Shown piece after piece: positions 19,440 through 28,580 of a DNA stretch of 32,000 bases. Positions within the stretch are counted from its first letter, which is position 1. Each line of letters starts with the position of its first letter. A program made the translations under genes and the position numbers. The notes beneath the pieces are model-generated. The model was not told the DNA's origin. It saw only the letters and a list, made by a program, of their open reading frames with translations, and did no database searches. Origin of the DNA: Collibacillus ludicampi (GTDB taxonomy: Bacteria; Bacillota; Bacilli; Tumebacillales; BOQE01); the NCBI RefSeq assembly GCF_023705585.1, contig NZ_BOQE01000001.1:2418710-2450709 (forward strand), written 5' to 3'.

Positions 19440-19518
19440 AAGTTTTCTCTCCTTAAACAGTCTTCAACTCCTATTGTAGCATGTTTTGCTGTTTTTCAAT
19501 CGACTTGGAAAAGAAAAA

Positions 19519-19547
19519 CCCCATCCGGTCTGAAGAACCGGATGGGG
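19519..19547 (-). terminator. sodA terminator
   Basis: CCCCATCCGG (19519-19528) / CCGGATGGGG (19538-19547); U tract on minus strand. Confidence 0.85.
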
Positions 19548-19554
19548 ATATATA

Positions 19555-20169
19555 TTAACCGCGAGCAGCCGTATAACGCTTGTTGACTTCTTCCCAGTTT
19601 ACAACGTTCCAGAAGGCTGCGATATAGTCCGGACGCTTGTTTTGATACTTGAGATAATATGCATGCTCCCAAACATCGAGTCCCAGAATCGGTGTCTGAC
19701 CTTCCATCAGCGGGCTGTCTTGATTCGGTGTGCTGGTGATTTTCAGGTTGCCTGCGTTGTCAACAACCAACCATGCCCAACCGCTTCCGAAACGGCCTGC
19801 AGCCGCTTTGGAGAATTCTTCTTTAAACTTATCGAAGCTGCCGAAAGTGCTGTTGATCGCATCAGCAACCGCACCGGTCGGTTGTCCGCCGCCGTTCGGG
19901 CTCATGATTTGCCAGAAGAGCGTGTGGTTTGCGTGTCCGCCGCCATTGTTGCGTACCGCAGTACGGATCGACTCAGGAACGCTTTCGATCGATTTCAACA
20001 GATCTTCAACGCTTTTGTTTTGCAGATCTGCATGTCCTTCCAGAGCGGCATTCAGGTTATTCACATAAGTAGCATGGTGTCTGTCATGATGGATGATCAT
20101 CGTTTGTTCATCGATGTGGGGCTCGAGAGCATTGTAAGCGTATGGAAGTGGCGGTAATTGATGTGCCAT
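19555..20169 (-). CDS. sodA: Superoxide dismutase (Mn/Fe)
   Basis: [70 protein letters not shown]. Confidence 0.95.
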   Translation of the reverse strand: MAHQLPPLPYAYNALEPHIDEQTMIIHHDRHHATYVNNLNAALEGHADLQNKSVEDLLKSIESVPESIRTAVRNNGGGHANHTLFWQIMSPNGGGQPTGAVADAINSTFGSFDKFKEEFSKAAAGRFGSGWAWLVVDNAGNLKITSTPNQDSPLMEGQTPILGLDVWEHAYYLKYQNKRPDYIAAFWNVVNWEEVNKRYTAARG

Positions 20170-20484
20170 GTAAAAACTCCTCCTATGTAGATAGTTTGAG
20201 ATCGTACTCCATTATTCTATCTCATCCAGGATAAAAAATACCAATTTAGTTTTTATACGTAACCATGCGAAAACTTGTTAAAATAGCTCCGATTTGGCAA
20301 CATATTCGGATATTCATTCACGAGACGAAAATGCGCGCAAAAATGAAAAACAGGAGTGAATTATCTGTTATCTAATTCAAATATTATATGATAATAATTT
20401 TAATCTGATGGGTATAAAACAAATTCCGGGTGAGCTTCATGCTATATGTTCGTGGAGACGTATGAAAAATTTTTGAAATACATT

Positions 20485-20511
20485 CATGTCCTCGAAGGGA
20501 CATGCTTTTTT
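20485..20511 (+). terminator. Intrinsic terminator-like hairpin with no annotated gene upstream
   Basis: CATGTCC (20485-20491) tcgaag GGACATG (20498-20504) c TTTTTT (20506-20511). Confidence 0.55.
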
Positions 20512-20584
20512 GTATTATAATAAAAACAAAAGAGATTTCAGAAGCATGCATTTCCTTGTGATGAAAACGAGGAGGTACTTGAAC

Positions 20585-21019
20585 ATGAAGAAGTTGATTG
20601 GATGGCTTTTAGCCCTGGTTATAGCTTTTGGAACGATTGGAGCAAGTTCCGCATATGCGGCGAGCACTAAAGGTTCTTTTAGTGGCAGCATCAAATCGCC
20701 CTCCGTATCTCAGTTCAGTTCGGGTTCAAAGACATACAGTTCCGGAAAGAGATCGCCTTCCGGCAATGTGACGCAATCGCCTAACACCCAAAACCCATAT
20801 TCATACTCACAGCCGCAGCCCCGCTCTTCTTTCTTCGGAAGCGGCATCGGTCATTTCCTGGGCGGTATGGCTGCAGGTGCGTTGGTCAGTTCCTTATTCT
20901 CCCATATGCTGCATCCTTTCGGCGGTTTCGGTCATGGCTTCTCTCTTTGGGGACTCTTGTTCGACGCATTGATCGCTTTTGTGCTCTATAAACTGATTCG
21001 CCGTTTCGTTTGGAGGTAA
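20585..21019 (+). CDS. Secreted/membrane protein: signal peptide, Ser/Gly-rich low-complexity region, C-terminal TM
   Basis: MKKLIGWLLALVIAFGTIGASSAYAASTKGSFSGSIKSPS...GLLFDALIAFVLYKLIRRFVWR. Confidence 0.6.
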   Translation: MKKLIGWLLALVIAFGTIGASSAYAASTKGSFSGSIKSPSVSQFSSGSKTYSSGKRSPSGNVTQSPNTQNPYSYSQPQPRSSFFGSGIGHFLGGMAAGALVSSLFSHMLHPFGGFGHGFSLWGLLFDALIAFVLYKLIRRFVWR

Positions 21020-21022
21020 TGT

Positions 21023-21328
21023 ATGAAAATCTTTTTCGAAGAACAGGATCTAGTCGATTCCGTGTGTGTGTTCACGGCAATACGCCACGGATTGAGACCG
21101 GAGAATCTGCAAGTCGAGCTCTTTTTCGAAGAACAAAAAGGTTTTTCCGCCGTCGCCACAAGCGGGAATGGAATGCTGCAATATCGTTTGAACGAACAGG
21201 ATCTCATCGACTCCGTTGCGGTTTATCTCAGAGATTATCATCGATTTGATCCACACCGACTGACCGTAGAGTTGTTCTTTGAACCGGACAAGGGATTTTG
21301 GGCGATCGTTGAACAGGCTTACAGATAG
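21023..21328 (+). CDS. YxcD/DUF2653-like small protein with two internal repeats
   Basis: EQDLVDSVCVFTAIRHGLRPENLQVELFFEEQKGFSAVA repeated as EQDLIDSVAVYLRDYHRFDPHRLTVELFFEPDKGFWAIV. Confidence 0.65.
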   Translation: MKIFFEEQDLVDSVCVFTAIRHGLRPENLQVELFFEEQKGFSAVATSGNGMLQYRLNEQDLIDSVAVYLRDYHRFDPHRLTVELFFEPDKGFWAIVEQAYR

Positions 21329-21352
21329 TTGGCGGGGTGCTTCGAAGCGCTT

Positions 21353-21386
21353 AAAAGGTTCTTCCTTCACAAAGGCGGAACCTTTT
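21353..21386 (+). terminator. Intrinsic terminator
   Basis: AAAAGGTTC (21353-21361) / GAACCTTTT (21378-21386) followed by TT. Confidence 0.7.
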
Positions 21387-21459
21387 TTATTGAGGCACCC
21401 CCATAATTGCTTGTGAAATAATCGGATGATGTGGTAGGTGTCTTTGGGCATGAACAAAA

Positions 21460-21485
21460 GCCGCCTTGTACGGGCGGCATTTTTA
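21460..21485 (+). terminator. Second terminator-like hairpin
   Basis: GCCGCC (21460-21465) / GGCGGC (21473-21478) followed by ATTTTT. Confidence 0.6.
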
Positions 21486-21816
21486 GAATGGGAGGGGTAT
21501 ACTCGTTGGGCTGTGGTATTCCTTCTCCTTATTGAACTAGCTCTTTTCATTTGCTAGATTTACTAAGATTATATGTAGCTCGATCAAAAAGAGTGCGGCC
21601 AAGCTCTCCGCGATCGCATATTCTTTTAACAAACGATTGAAAAAGAGGTGATCGCCGACTCTGCGGGTATGAAAACGAAAAGCATTCGTTCTTGTAATCG
21701 AATGGAAGGAATAAAAAATGAAGCAGTCGACTATAGAATCGTTCATCCGCTATAATAAACAATAAGGGTAACGTTTCAGTACGTGAAATCAGGTTTCATA
21801 AAAGGAGCTATTGAAC

Positions 21817-23346
21817 ATGAACGCATTTAAAGAAAGTATGTTAAAACTAATCATTGAAACATCAACGAATCTTCCTTCCGATGTGCGTCGTGCCATCGCG
21901 CAGGCACAATTGAAAGAAGAAATCGGAACTCGTGCGTCACTGGCATTCTCGACGATCGCGACGAATATTAAAATGGCGGAAGAAGGAGAGGCTCCGATCT
22001 GTCAGGATACAGGAATGCCGACTTTCTTCATTCATTGCCCTGTAGGCGCCAACCAGATCGAAATGAAAAAAGCGATTCGAGAAGCTGTCGCAGAAGCAAC
22101 GAAACTGGGCAAACTGCGCCCCAATTCAGTTGATTCGTTAACGGGGAAAAACTCTGGTGATAACCTGGGAGAAGGTACGCCTGTCATTCATTTTGAACAA
22201 TGGGAAAAGGATTACGTGGATGTACGTTTGATCCTTAAGGGTGGCGGTTGTGAAAACAAAAACATCCAGTATTCATTACCCTGTGAACTTGAAGGTTTAG
22301 GAAAAGCGGGACGCGACCTGGATGGAATCCGCAAATGCATTATGCATGCGGTTTATCAGGCTCAAGGACAAGGCTGCTCCGCCGGCTTTATCGGTGTAGG
22401 TATCGGAGGGGATCGCACCACCGGGTATGAGCTAGCGAAAGAGCAACTCTTGCGCCCTGTCGATGATGTCAATCCGAACGAAGACCTGCGCAAGCTGGAA
22501 GAATACATTATGGAGAATGCCAACCGCCTGGCAATCGGTACGATGGGTTTTGGCGGTAACGTAACTTTACTTGGATGCAAGATCGGAGCCATGAACCGAT
22601 TGCCCGCTTCGTTCTTTGTCTCCGTCGCTTACAACTGCTGGGCTTTCAGACGCCTCGGCGTAATTATCGATCCTGAAACCGGAAAGATCAAAGAATGGCT
22701 TTATAAAGATGAAGTTTCCCCTGAGGAGAATCCTGTAGAAGCGACATCTAACGAGACGGCAAAGCCAGTTGTTTTACAGGCGCCGATCACCGAAGAGCAA
22801 ATCCGTTCTTTGAAAGTGGGAGATGTTGTCATCATCAACGGCTCTATGCACACGGGACGTGACGCTTTGCATAAGTATCTGATGGATCATGACTCACCCG
22901 TTGATCTGAATGGACAAATCATTTACCACTGCGGTCCTGTGATGTTGAAAGACGAGAACGGCAAATGGCATGTAAAAGCGGCAGGTCCGACGACTTCCAT
23001 CCGTGAAGAACCTTATCAAGCGGACATCATTAAGAAATTCGGTATTCGCGCCGTCATCGGAAAAGGCGGAATGGGCAAGAAGACGCTGGAAGGACTGAAG
23101 GAATTCGGTGCCGTGTATTTAAATGCCATCGGCGGTGCGGCACAATATTACGCCAAATGTGTAAAAGATGTCGAAGGCGTTCACTTCCTGGAAGAATTTG
23201 GTATCCCGGAAGCGATGTGGCATTTACAGGTCGAAGGATTTGCAGCGATTGTCACGATGGATTCCCATGGCAACTCGTTGCATGCTGACGTAGAAGAAAT
23301 TTCTAAGAAACGTTTGACTGAGTTTGCTGAACCTGTATTTGTATGA
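21817..23346 (+). CDS. fumA: Class I (Fe-S) fumarate hydratase
   Basis: CQDTGMPTFFIHCPVGA, GIGGDRTTGYELAKEQLLRP, NIQYSLPCELEGLG, GAGxTTSIRE-like GPTTSIREEPYQ; RBS AAAGGAG before ATG 21817. Confidence 0.92.
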   Translation: MNAFKESMLKLIIETSTNLPSDVRRAIAQAQLKEEIGTRASLAFSTIATNIKMAEEGEAPICQDTGMPTFFIHCPVGANQIEMKKAIREAVAEATKLGKLRPNSVDSLTGKNSGDNLGEGTPVIHFEQWEKDYVDVRLILKGGGCENKNIQYSLPCELEGLGKAGRDLDGIRKCIMHAVYQAQGQGCSAGFIGVGIGGDRTTGYELAKEQLLRPVDDVNPNEDLRKLEEYIMENANRLAIGTMGFGGNVTLLGCKIGAMNRLPASFFVSVAYNCWAFRRLGVIIDPETGKIKEWLYKDEVSPEENPVEATSNETAKPVVLQAPITEEQIRSLKVGDVVIINGSMHTGRDALHKYLMDHDSPVDLNGQIIYHCGPVMLKDENGKWHVKAAGPTTSIREEPYQADIIKKFGIRAVIGKGGMGKKTLEGLKEFGAVYLNAIGGAAQYYAKCVKDVEGVHFLEEFGIPEAMWHLQVEGFAAIVTMDSHGNSLHADVEEISKKRLTEFAEPVFV

Positions 23347-23365
23347 GAGTGTAAACGATAGATGG

Positions 23366-23396
23366 AAGGCTCGTATTTCCCATACGGGCCTTTTTT
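23366..23396 (+). terminator. Fumarase terminator
   Basis: AAGGCTCGTAT (23366-23376) / ATACGGGCCTT (23382-23392), then TTTT. Confidence 0.85.
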
Positions 23397-23407
23397 GGAG
23401 TGATTTT

Positions 23408-24691
23408 ATGAGAAAAGTAGGTACGTTGACCAGTGGTTTAACGTTATTGACCCTTGGGATCGTCATCTTGATCGATGTGATTGGAAAAAAACAATGGTTC
23501 TATAAAATCATTCCATTTTGGCCGGTCATTCTTGTAGGGTTAGGTTTGGAAATCCTCTGGTACCTTCTCACGATGAAACGTCATGGCGTTACGGAAGCGA
23601 TTCGCATCGATGCCCGCAGCCTTGCTTTGTTAAGTTTGGTTGGAGTGTTCGCGATCGCTTTCTATACGACGTCGATCCAGGCGGGACAAGTTCAGCTCTC
23701 CGTCGCTGCCATGAAGAATGTGATTCAAGAATCTTTCGGGGAAAAAGTCATTTCTTTGCCAGACCTTCAATACCCCGTTGAGAATACCAAACGGATCGAG
23801 TTGAACAACCGGGTAGGGAAAGTGAACGTAGTAAGCACAGATAGCAAACAGGTTAAAATACGTATCAACGTTCATGTCAAAGGACTCGAAAGTGATGTTG
23901 CACAACAGGAAGCAAAAAAATGGATGCCTCAGATCACACAGGGGACATCCTTGCGAATCGAAGAAGATCCATCCATTTTTAATAACCAATCGAAAATTTC
24001 CGGGATCGATTTTCAATTGGAAGTTCCTAAAAATTTGACATTACAGATCGTTTCCTATTCGGGGGATCTGTCTGTAACAGACTATACGGGCGATATCATC
24101 GTGATGAATCAAATGGGGAAAATTTCTCTCGAACGCGTCCGAGGGAATATACAGATTTCCGGTGAAGATTCGCAAGTGGCTGTTCGCGGAGTTACCGGCA
24201 ATGCGGTTGTCAATGTTCGATCAAGTTCGATCGATGCGAATGATATCACAGGTGCTTTCAACGGGACATCCCAATTCGGGGATATCCAAGTTTCAAAGAT
24301 TGGCGGGAACGTTTCCGCCGAAAGCCAAAACGGTCGGGTGATCCTGAATGATATCAGTGGCGACGCATCGGTAAAAACGCAGATCGGGGATATCCAGGCA
24401 AATGGGATGAAGGGTGCGTTACAATTATTTGCGGAAAACGGGAATATTAACATTGAGAGTGAAGTTCGAAACAATTGGAATGTAACGGCTACGCGCGGAA
24501 TGATCTCTTTAAAGATCCCTAAAGACTCGAATATCCAATTTTCCGGTGAAACCAAGCGAGGGATCGTCAAAGGCCCTACAAAAACGAACGCTGATGCAAA
24601 CGGCGCCAGTGTTAGCGAGAAAATGGGCGCGGGAACCTATTCCGTGAAAGCACATTCGGACGACGGGGCTATCACGGTTACTACTTCATAA
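23408..24691 (+). CDS. DUF4097-like beta-helix protein with N-terminal LiaI/F-like membrane segments
   Basis: LTSGLTLLTLGIVILIDVIGKKQWFYKIIPFWPVILVGLGLEILWYLL, later repeats NRVGKVNVVS.., SGDLSVTDYTGDIIV.., GDASVKTQIGDIQANG.., GAITVTTS. Confidence 0.8.
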   Translation: MRKVGTLTSGLTLLTLGIVILIDVIGKKQWFYKIIPFWPVILVGLGLEILWYLLTMKRHGVTEAIRIDARSLALLSLVGVFAIAFYTTSIQAGQVQLSVAAMKNVIQESFGEKVISLPDLQYPVENTKRIELNNRVGKVNVVSTDSKQVKIRINVHVKGLESDVAQQEAKKWMPQITQGTSLRIEEDPSIFNNQSKISGIDFQLEVPKNLTLQIVSYSGDLSVTDYTGDIIVMNQMGKISLERVRGNIQISGEDSQVAVRGVTGNAVVNVRSSSIDANDITGAFNGTSQFGDIQVSKIGGNVSAESQNGRVILNDISGDASVKTQIGDIQANGMKGALQLFAENGNINIESEVRNNWNVTATRGMISLKIPKDSNIQFSGETKRGIVKGPTKTNADANGASVSEKMGAGTYSVKAHSDDGAITVTTS

Positions 24692-24694
24692 AAG

Positions 24695-24730
24695 TGTTGT
24701 TGCACACCCCCTTAGGGGTGTGCAACAACA
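24695..24730. terminator. Bidirectional terminator
   Basis: TGTTGTTGCACACCCC (24695-24710) ctta GGGGTGTGCAACAACA (24715-24730), perfect 16 bp. Confidence 0.88.
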
Positions 24731-24731
24731 T

Positions 24732-24926
24732 TTACTCTTTCACTGCATCGATGACCGTCTGAGCGAGCTTGGCCATGTCGGTATTTCCACCAGAATTGCG
24801 GCGGCGCATCATTTCCCAGGCAGTGATGCCGATACCCGCTCCAAGGAGCATTGCTGTCATGGTGCCCATTCCGCGGTTTCGCCTGCGTGGAACCATGTCC
24901 ATCACTTCATCGACAAATCCCCACAT
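24732..24926 (-). CDS. Small membrane-associated protein of unknown function
   Basis: MWGFVDEVMDMVPRRRNRGMGTMTAMLLGAGIGITAWEMMRRRNSGGNTDMAKLAQTVIDAVKE; GAGGGGGTG RBS supports start at 24926. Confidence 0.6.
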   Translation of the reverse strand: MWGFVDEVMDMVPRRRNRGMGTMTAMLLGAGIGITAWEMMRRRNSGGNTDMAKLAQTVIDAVKE

Positions 24927-25044
24927 GAACAACACCCCCTCGATGAATAGTGTGCACAAAAGTTTTTCAACGATGCGATGATAGCCATGTGGTAATATGC
25001 TACAATTAATGTAACCAATGATAAAGATAGTGTGGGGATCTATA

Positions 25045-25494
25045 ATGTACTACTCAGAGAATGAGCTACACCTAAAAATTGTCCGATCGATCTTTCGAAT
25101 TCATAATATGCTGATTCGTCACGGAAGCAGTGACCGGTTAGCCGGCGCTTTCGGGCTGTCCCAACAGCAGTGGTCTCTGTTATCCGTACTTGCCGACGCG
25201 CCCGATGGGATGAAAATGACCGATTTAGGCAAGCTGCTGATGGTGACAAAAGCGAATATGACAGGTATGATCGATCGCTTGGAAAGAGACGGCTATGTGA
25301 AACGGGTTCCCGATCCCAATGACCGTCGTGTGACCTATGTCGTCTTATTGGAAAAAGGACGGGCGTTTCTTGCCGATATTAAAAAACCGAAAGAAGATTT
25401 CATGCATGAGGTTTTTTCATCTTTTTCCACAGATGAGAAGATACAATTTCATCATATGTTAGAACGCATGTTCCGAACACTGGACGAACTGTAG
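25045..25494 (+). CDS. MarR-family transcriptional regulator
   Basis: LSQQQWSLLSVLADAPDGMKMTDLGKLLMVTKANMTGMIDRLERDGYVKRVPDPNDRRVTYVVLLEKG. Confidence 0.88.
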   Translation: MYYSENELHLKIVRSIFRIHNMLIRHGSSDRLAGAFGLSQQQWSLLSVLADAPDGMKMTDLGKLLMVTKANMTGMIDRLERDGYVKRVPDPNDRRVTYVVLLEKGRAFLADIKKPKEDFMHEVFSSFSTDEKIQFHHMLERMFRTLDEL

Positions 25495-25547
25495 GATAAG
25501 TAGACGGCGATGGAGAGTATAAGATCTTATCAAAAGGAGATGTTACA

Positions 25548-26663
25548 ATGCTCGACTCCCGTGTGGAAAAATTAGCCGAATTATTAATCAACTACTCAGT
25601 GGAACTTAAACCTGGAGAAAATGTTTTAATCGAAGGGTTTGGCGTAGATCCCATGATCATCCGCGAATTGGTACGCAAAGCTCATCAGGCTGGAGGTCAT
25701 CCCTTCGTACATATCAGAGATCATTCCATTATCCGACAATTGTTGCTTGATGCCTCAGAGGAACAAATCGATCTCTGGGCGGCGCAAGATCGGGCGCTCA
25801 TGGAACGCATGCATGCATACATTGGAGTGCGCGGGGGCAGCAATGTCTCCGAGTTAAGCGATGTGCCGGCAGATAAAATGAAACTCTATATGGAACGTTA
25901 CAACCATGTGGTTCATAGTCAAGTCCGTGTAAAGAAAACCAAATGGGTTGTTTTGCGCTGGCCTAGCGGTTCGATGGCACAATTGGCGAATATGAGTACG
26001 GAAGCGTTTGAAGAATTTTATTTTCAGGTATGCACACTCGACTATAAGCGCATGTCGGAAGCGATGGATTCGTTACAAGATCTCATGAACAGGACGGATC
26101 GCGTGCGTATTGTAGGACCGGGAACAGACTTGACTTTCTCCATCAAAGGCATTGGAGCCGTCAAGTGTGATGGCCATCGTAACATTCCGGATGGTGAAGT
26201 GTACACGGCTCCCGTGAGGGATTCGGTCAATGGGGTCATTTCTTTCAATACGCCTTCTCCTTATCACGGGTTTACATTTGAAAATGTCCGCCTGGAGTTC
26301 GAAAACGGCAAGATTGTGAAAGCCAGTGCTAATGATACGAAACGGCTCGAAGACATTCTCAATACGGATGAAGGGGCTCGGTATATTGGCGAATTCTCCA
26401 TAGCTGTGAATCCGTTCATACGCAAGCCGATGAAAGATATACTCTTCGATGAAAAGATTGACGGATCCTTTCACTTCACTCCCGGACAATGTTATGACGA
26501 GGCGTATAACGGCAATCAATCCGCAATTCATTGGGACATGGTTTGCATCCAGCGGCCGGAATACGGGGGCGGAGAGATTTGGTTCGATGACCGCTTGATC
26601 CGCAAGGATGGACGCTTTGTCATCCCGGAACTCATGGCTTTGAACCCGGAAAATTTGAAGTGA
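25548..26663 (+). CDS. M29-family aminopeptidase
   Basis: ELLINYSVELKPGENVLIEG, NIPDGEVYTAPVRDSVNG, YIGEFSIAVNPFI, GSFHFTPGQCYDEAYNGNQSAIHWDMV. Confidence 0.9.
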   Translation: MLDSRVEKLAELLINYSVELKPGENVLIEGFGVDPMIIRELVRKAHQAGGHPFVHIRDHSIIRQLLLDASEEQIDLWAAQDRALMERMHAYIGVRGGSNVSELSDVPADKMKLYMERYNHVVHSQVRVKKTKWVVLRWPSGSMAQLANMSTEAFEEFYFQVCTLDYKRMSEAMDSLQDLMNRTDRVRIVGPGTDLTFSIKGIGAVKCDGHRNIPDGEVYTAPVRDSVNGVISFNTPSPYHGFTFENVRLEFENGKIVKASANDTKRLEDILNTDEGARYIGEFSIAVNPFIRKPMKDILFDEKIDGSFHFTPGQCYDEAYNGNQSAIHWDMVCIQRPEYGGGEIWFDDRLIRKDGRFVIPELMALNPENLK

Positions 26664-26730
26664 TTCACGAAAAAGTCCCGGTTGGATAACAATCGGGACA
26701 TCGTTCATTTTGAAAAAGGAGATTGATAAA

Positions 26731-27612
26731 TTGATACAGGAACAAATCCGGAAGACACACAAAAAATTAGGGATCAAACAACTGTTAAAACGTCTGTTTT
26801 TCATTACCTTGGGAGCCGCATTCGTTTCAGTGGGATTGGAATTATTTCTTGTCCCAAATAAGATCATCGATGGCGGCATCGTCGGGATTTCGATCATATT
26901 CTCTTATCTCATAAATCTTCCTCTTGGAATTTTCACTTTTCTATTAAATTTGCCTTTTCTTTTTGTCGGTTACAGGCAGATTGGCAAAACGTTCGCGATA
27001 TCTACATTGGTCGCAGTAGGATTGATGTCGTTCGGGACTTCTTTGTTACATCCTATACCTGTTTTTACCAATGACTTGTTACTAGCTTCCGTTTTTGGAG
27101 GGATCATCCTCGGGATGGGCGTGGGTCTCATCATCCGCTACGGGGGATCTCTCGATGGTACAGAGATCGTGGCGATCCTGTTAAACAGGAAATTGCCCTT
27201 TTCCGTCGGAGAAATCGTCATGTTTTTCAATATTTTTATCCTGGCCAGTGCCGGTTTTGTTTTTGGCTGGGATAAGGCGATGTATTCCTTGATCGCTTAT
27301 TATGTAGCGTTCAAGATGATCGATCTGACGATTGAAGGATTTGAGGAGTCGAAAGCGGTTTGGATCATTTCCGACAATCCCAATGAGATTGCCGATGCGA
27401 TCCTTGCAAGATTGGGCAGGGGTGTCACTTATCTCTACGGGCAGGGGGCTTATACGGAAGAGGAAAAGAAAGTCATCTATTGTGTGGTCACCAGGCTGGA
27501 AACATCCAAATTGAAAAGTATCGTCGAGGAAATCGATCCCGGATCTTTTGTCAGTATCGGAAACATCCACGAGACGATGGGCGGGCGTTTCAAGAAACGT
27601 GCGATCCACTAG
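26731..27612 (+). CDS. YitT-family membrane protein (probable TTG start)
   Basis: VGLELFLVPNKIIDGGIVGISIIFSYL...LRYGGSLDGTEIVAILLNRK..FSVGEIVMFFNIFIL..; AAAGGAG at 26715 fits TTG 26731, inside the longer ORF starting at 26710. Confidence 0.85.
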   Translation: MIQEQIRKTHKKLGIKQLLKRLFFITLGAAFVSVGLELFLVPNKIIDGGIVGISIIFSYLINLPLGIFTFLLNLPFLFVGYRQIGKTFAISTLVAVGLMSFGTSLLHPIPVFTNDLLLASVFGGIILGMGVGLIIRYGGSLDGTEIVAILLNRKLPFSVGEIVMFFNIFILASAGFVFGWDKAMYSLIAYYVAFKMIDLTIEGFEESKAVWIISDNPNEIADAILARLGRGVTYLYGQGAYTEEEKKVIYCVVTRLETSKLKSIVEEIDPGSFVSIGNIHETMGGRFKKRAIH

Positions 27613-27798
27613 GAAATTCTTCTCAGTTTTGTCAGGCGGGAGACAGACCCCACGAAGCCCAAGCGCAAAGAGGTAATTGTCAGATGTTTCCGCCAAACCA
27701 CAAGTTTTTCAGGAACGATGGGTATCTGTCCATTGCAGTCTCCATCCATGGGCATACGATATAGGGATACAAACCCATGGAAGGGAGTAAGAAAAGGT

Positions 27799-28503
27799 AT
27801 GGATAGGCGATGTAGAAAAAATTTCAATCACAAATTCGATGATAAGTACCCTGAACTTGCCTTAGGCGATCAGGGGAATGCCGTCATTCTCCTTCAATAT
27901 CTTATGCAACAGTTGGGTATATACCAAGGGCAGATAGACGGGATCTTTTCTAAAGAAGTATACGATGCGGTACGGCGGCTTCAGGAACGGTATCGATCAC
28001 CGGTAACGGGAACTGTCGATAAAGACGTTTGGCGATTGGTGCTTGAGATCGCTGTAGAAAGGGGATATTTGCTGACTGTGCCTGATCCCCAATGGGTAAA
28101 CCGTTTTCAAACTTCCTATATTCCCTTGTTGCCCAATCCGCCAGGTATCAGACGGGAAACAGAAAGCCCAGCGGGGATACAGAAACAATCCGTGTCTTTG
28201 AAGGAAAATCCGTTCTCTGATTTCCCCGGTCAATCGAAAACAATGCAGCCCTCTAGGGTATCGGAGGAACAATCGCTGATGGATCAGCAGCGAGTGAATC
28301 TCACATGGCCGTTTATTTTGGGACCTCATGTGGCTCCTTATCTTACCGCTCCGGCTATCGGGAAAGCTTTTCCCCGTTACTTTCCAATCAATCCTTACGT
28401 GCCGTGTTTTCAGCACTATATATGGCAAACGATTCATCCCTTAGGAAAGTATTTCGTTCCGCAACCGCCATTCTATCCACACGATTGCGAATGGGATCGA
28501 TAA
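27799..28503 (+). CDS. Peptidoglycan-binding (PG_binding_1) domain protein with Pro/aromatic-rich C-terminus
   Basis: LGDQGNAVILLQYLMQQLGIYQGQIDGIFSKEVYDAVRRLQERYRSPVTGTVDKDVWRLV. Start uncertain: ATG 27799, or ORF start 27718. Confidence 0.7.
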   Translation: MDRRCRKNFNHKFDDKYPELALGDQGNAVILLQYLMQQLGIYQGQIDGIFSKEVYDAVRRLQERYRSPVTGTVDKDVWRLVLEIAVERGYLLTVPDPQWVNRFQTSYIPLLPNPPGIRRETESPAGIQKQSVSLKENPFSDFPGQSKTMQPSRVSEEQSLMDQQRVNLTWPFILGPHVAPYLTAPAIGKAFPRYFPINPYVPCFQHYIWQTIHPLGKYFVPQPPFYPHDCEWDR

Positions 28504-28516
28504 GAACCGTATGATC

Positions 28517-28540
28517 ACCCGTCGTTCGACGGGTTTTTTC
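28517..28540 (+). terminator. Intrinsic terminator
   Basis: ACCCGTC GTTC GACGGGT followed by TTTTT. Confidence 0.85.
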
Positions 28541-28580
28541 TGTGGTATAATATTTTGGGAAAGGAGTCATCATCTTTTTT

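Noticed and set aside
20400-20450. AT-rich motif attatatgataat near sodA as another hpa-type operator
   Set aside because: It shares only short AT-rich words with ATCATATATKAT and lies near genes unrelated to hpa; likely chance.
21050-21550. 166-aa minus-strand ORF
   Set aside because: Overlaps the DUF2653-like gene and two terminators on the opposite strand; likely chance ORF.
26073-26897. 274-aa minus-strand ORF opposite the M29 aminopeptidase
   Set aside because: Shadow ORF of a clearly conserved gene; low-quality composition and no recognizable motifs.
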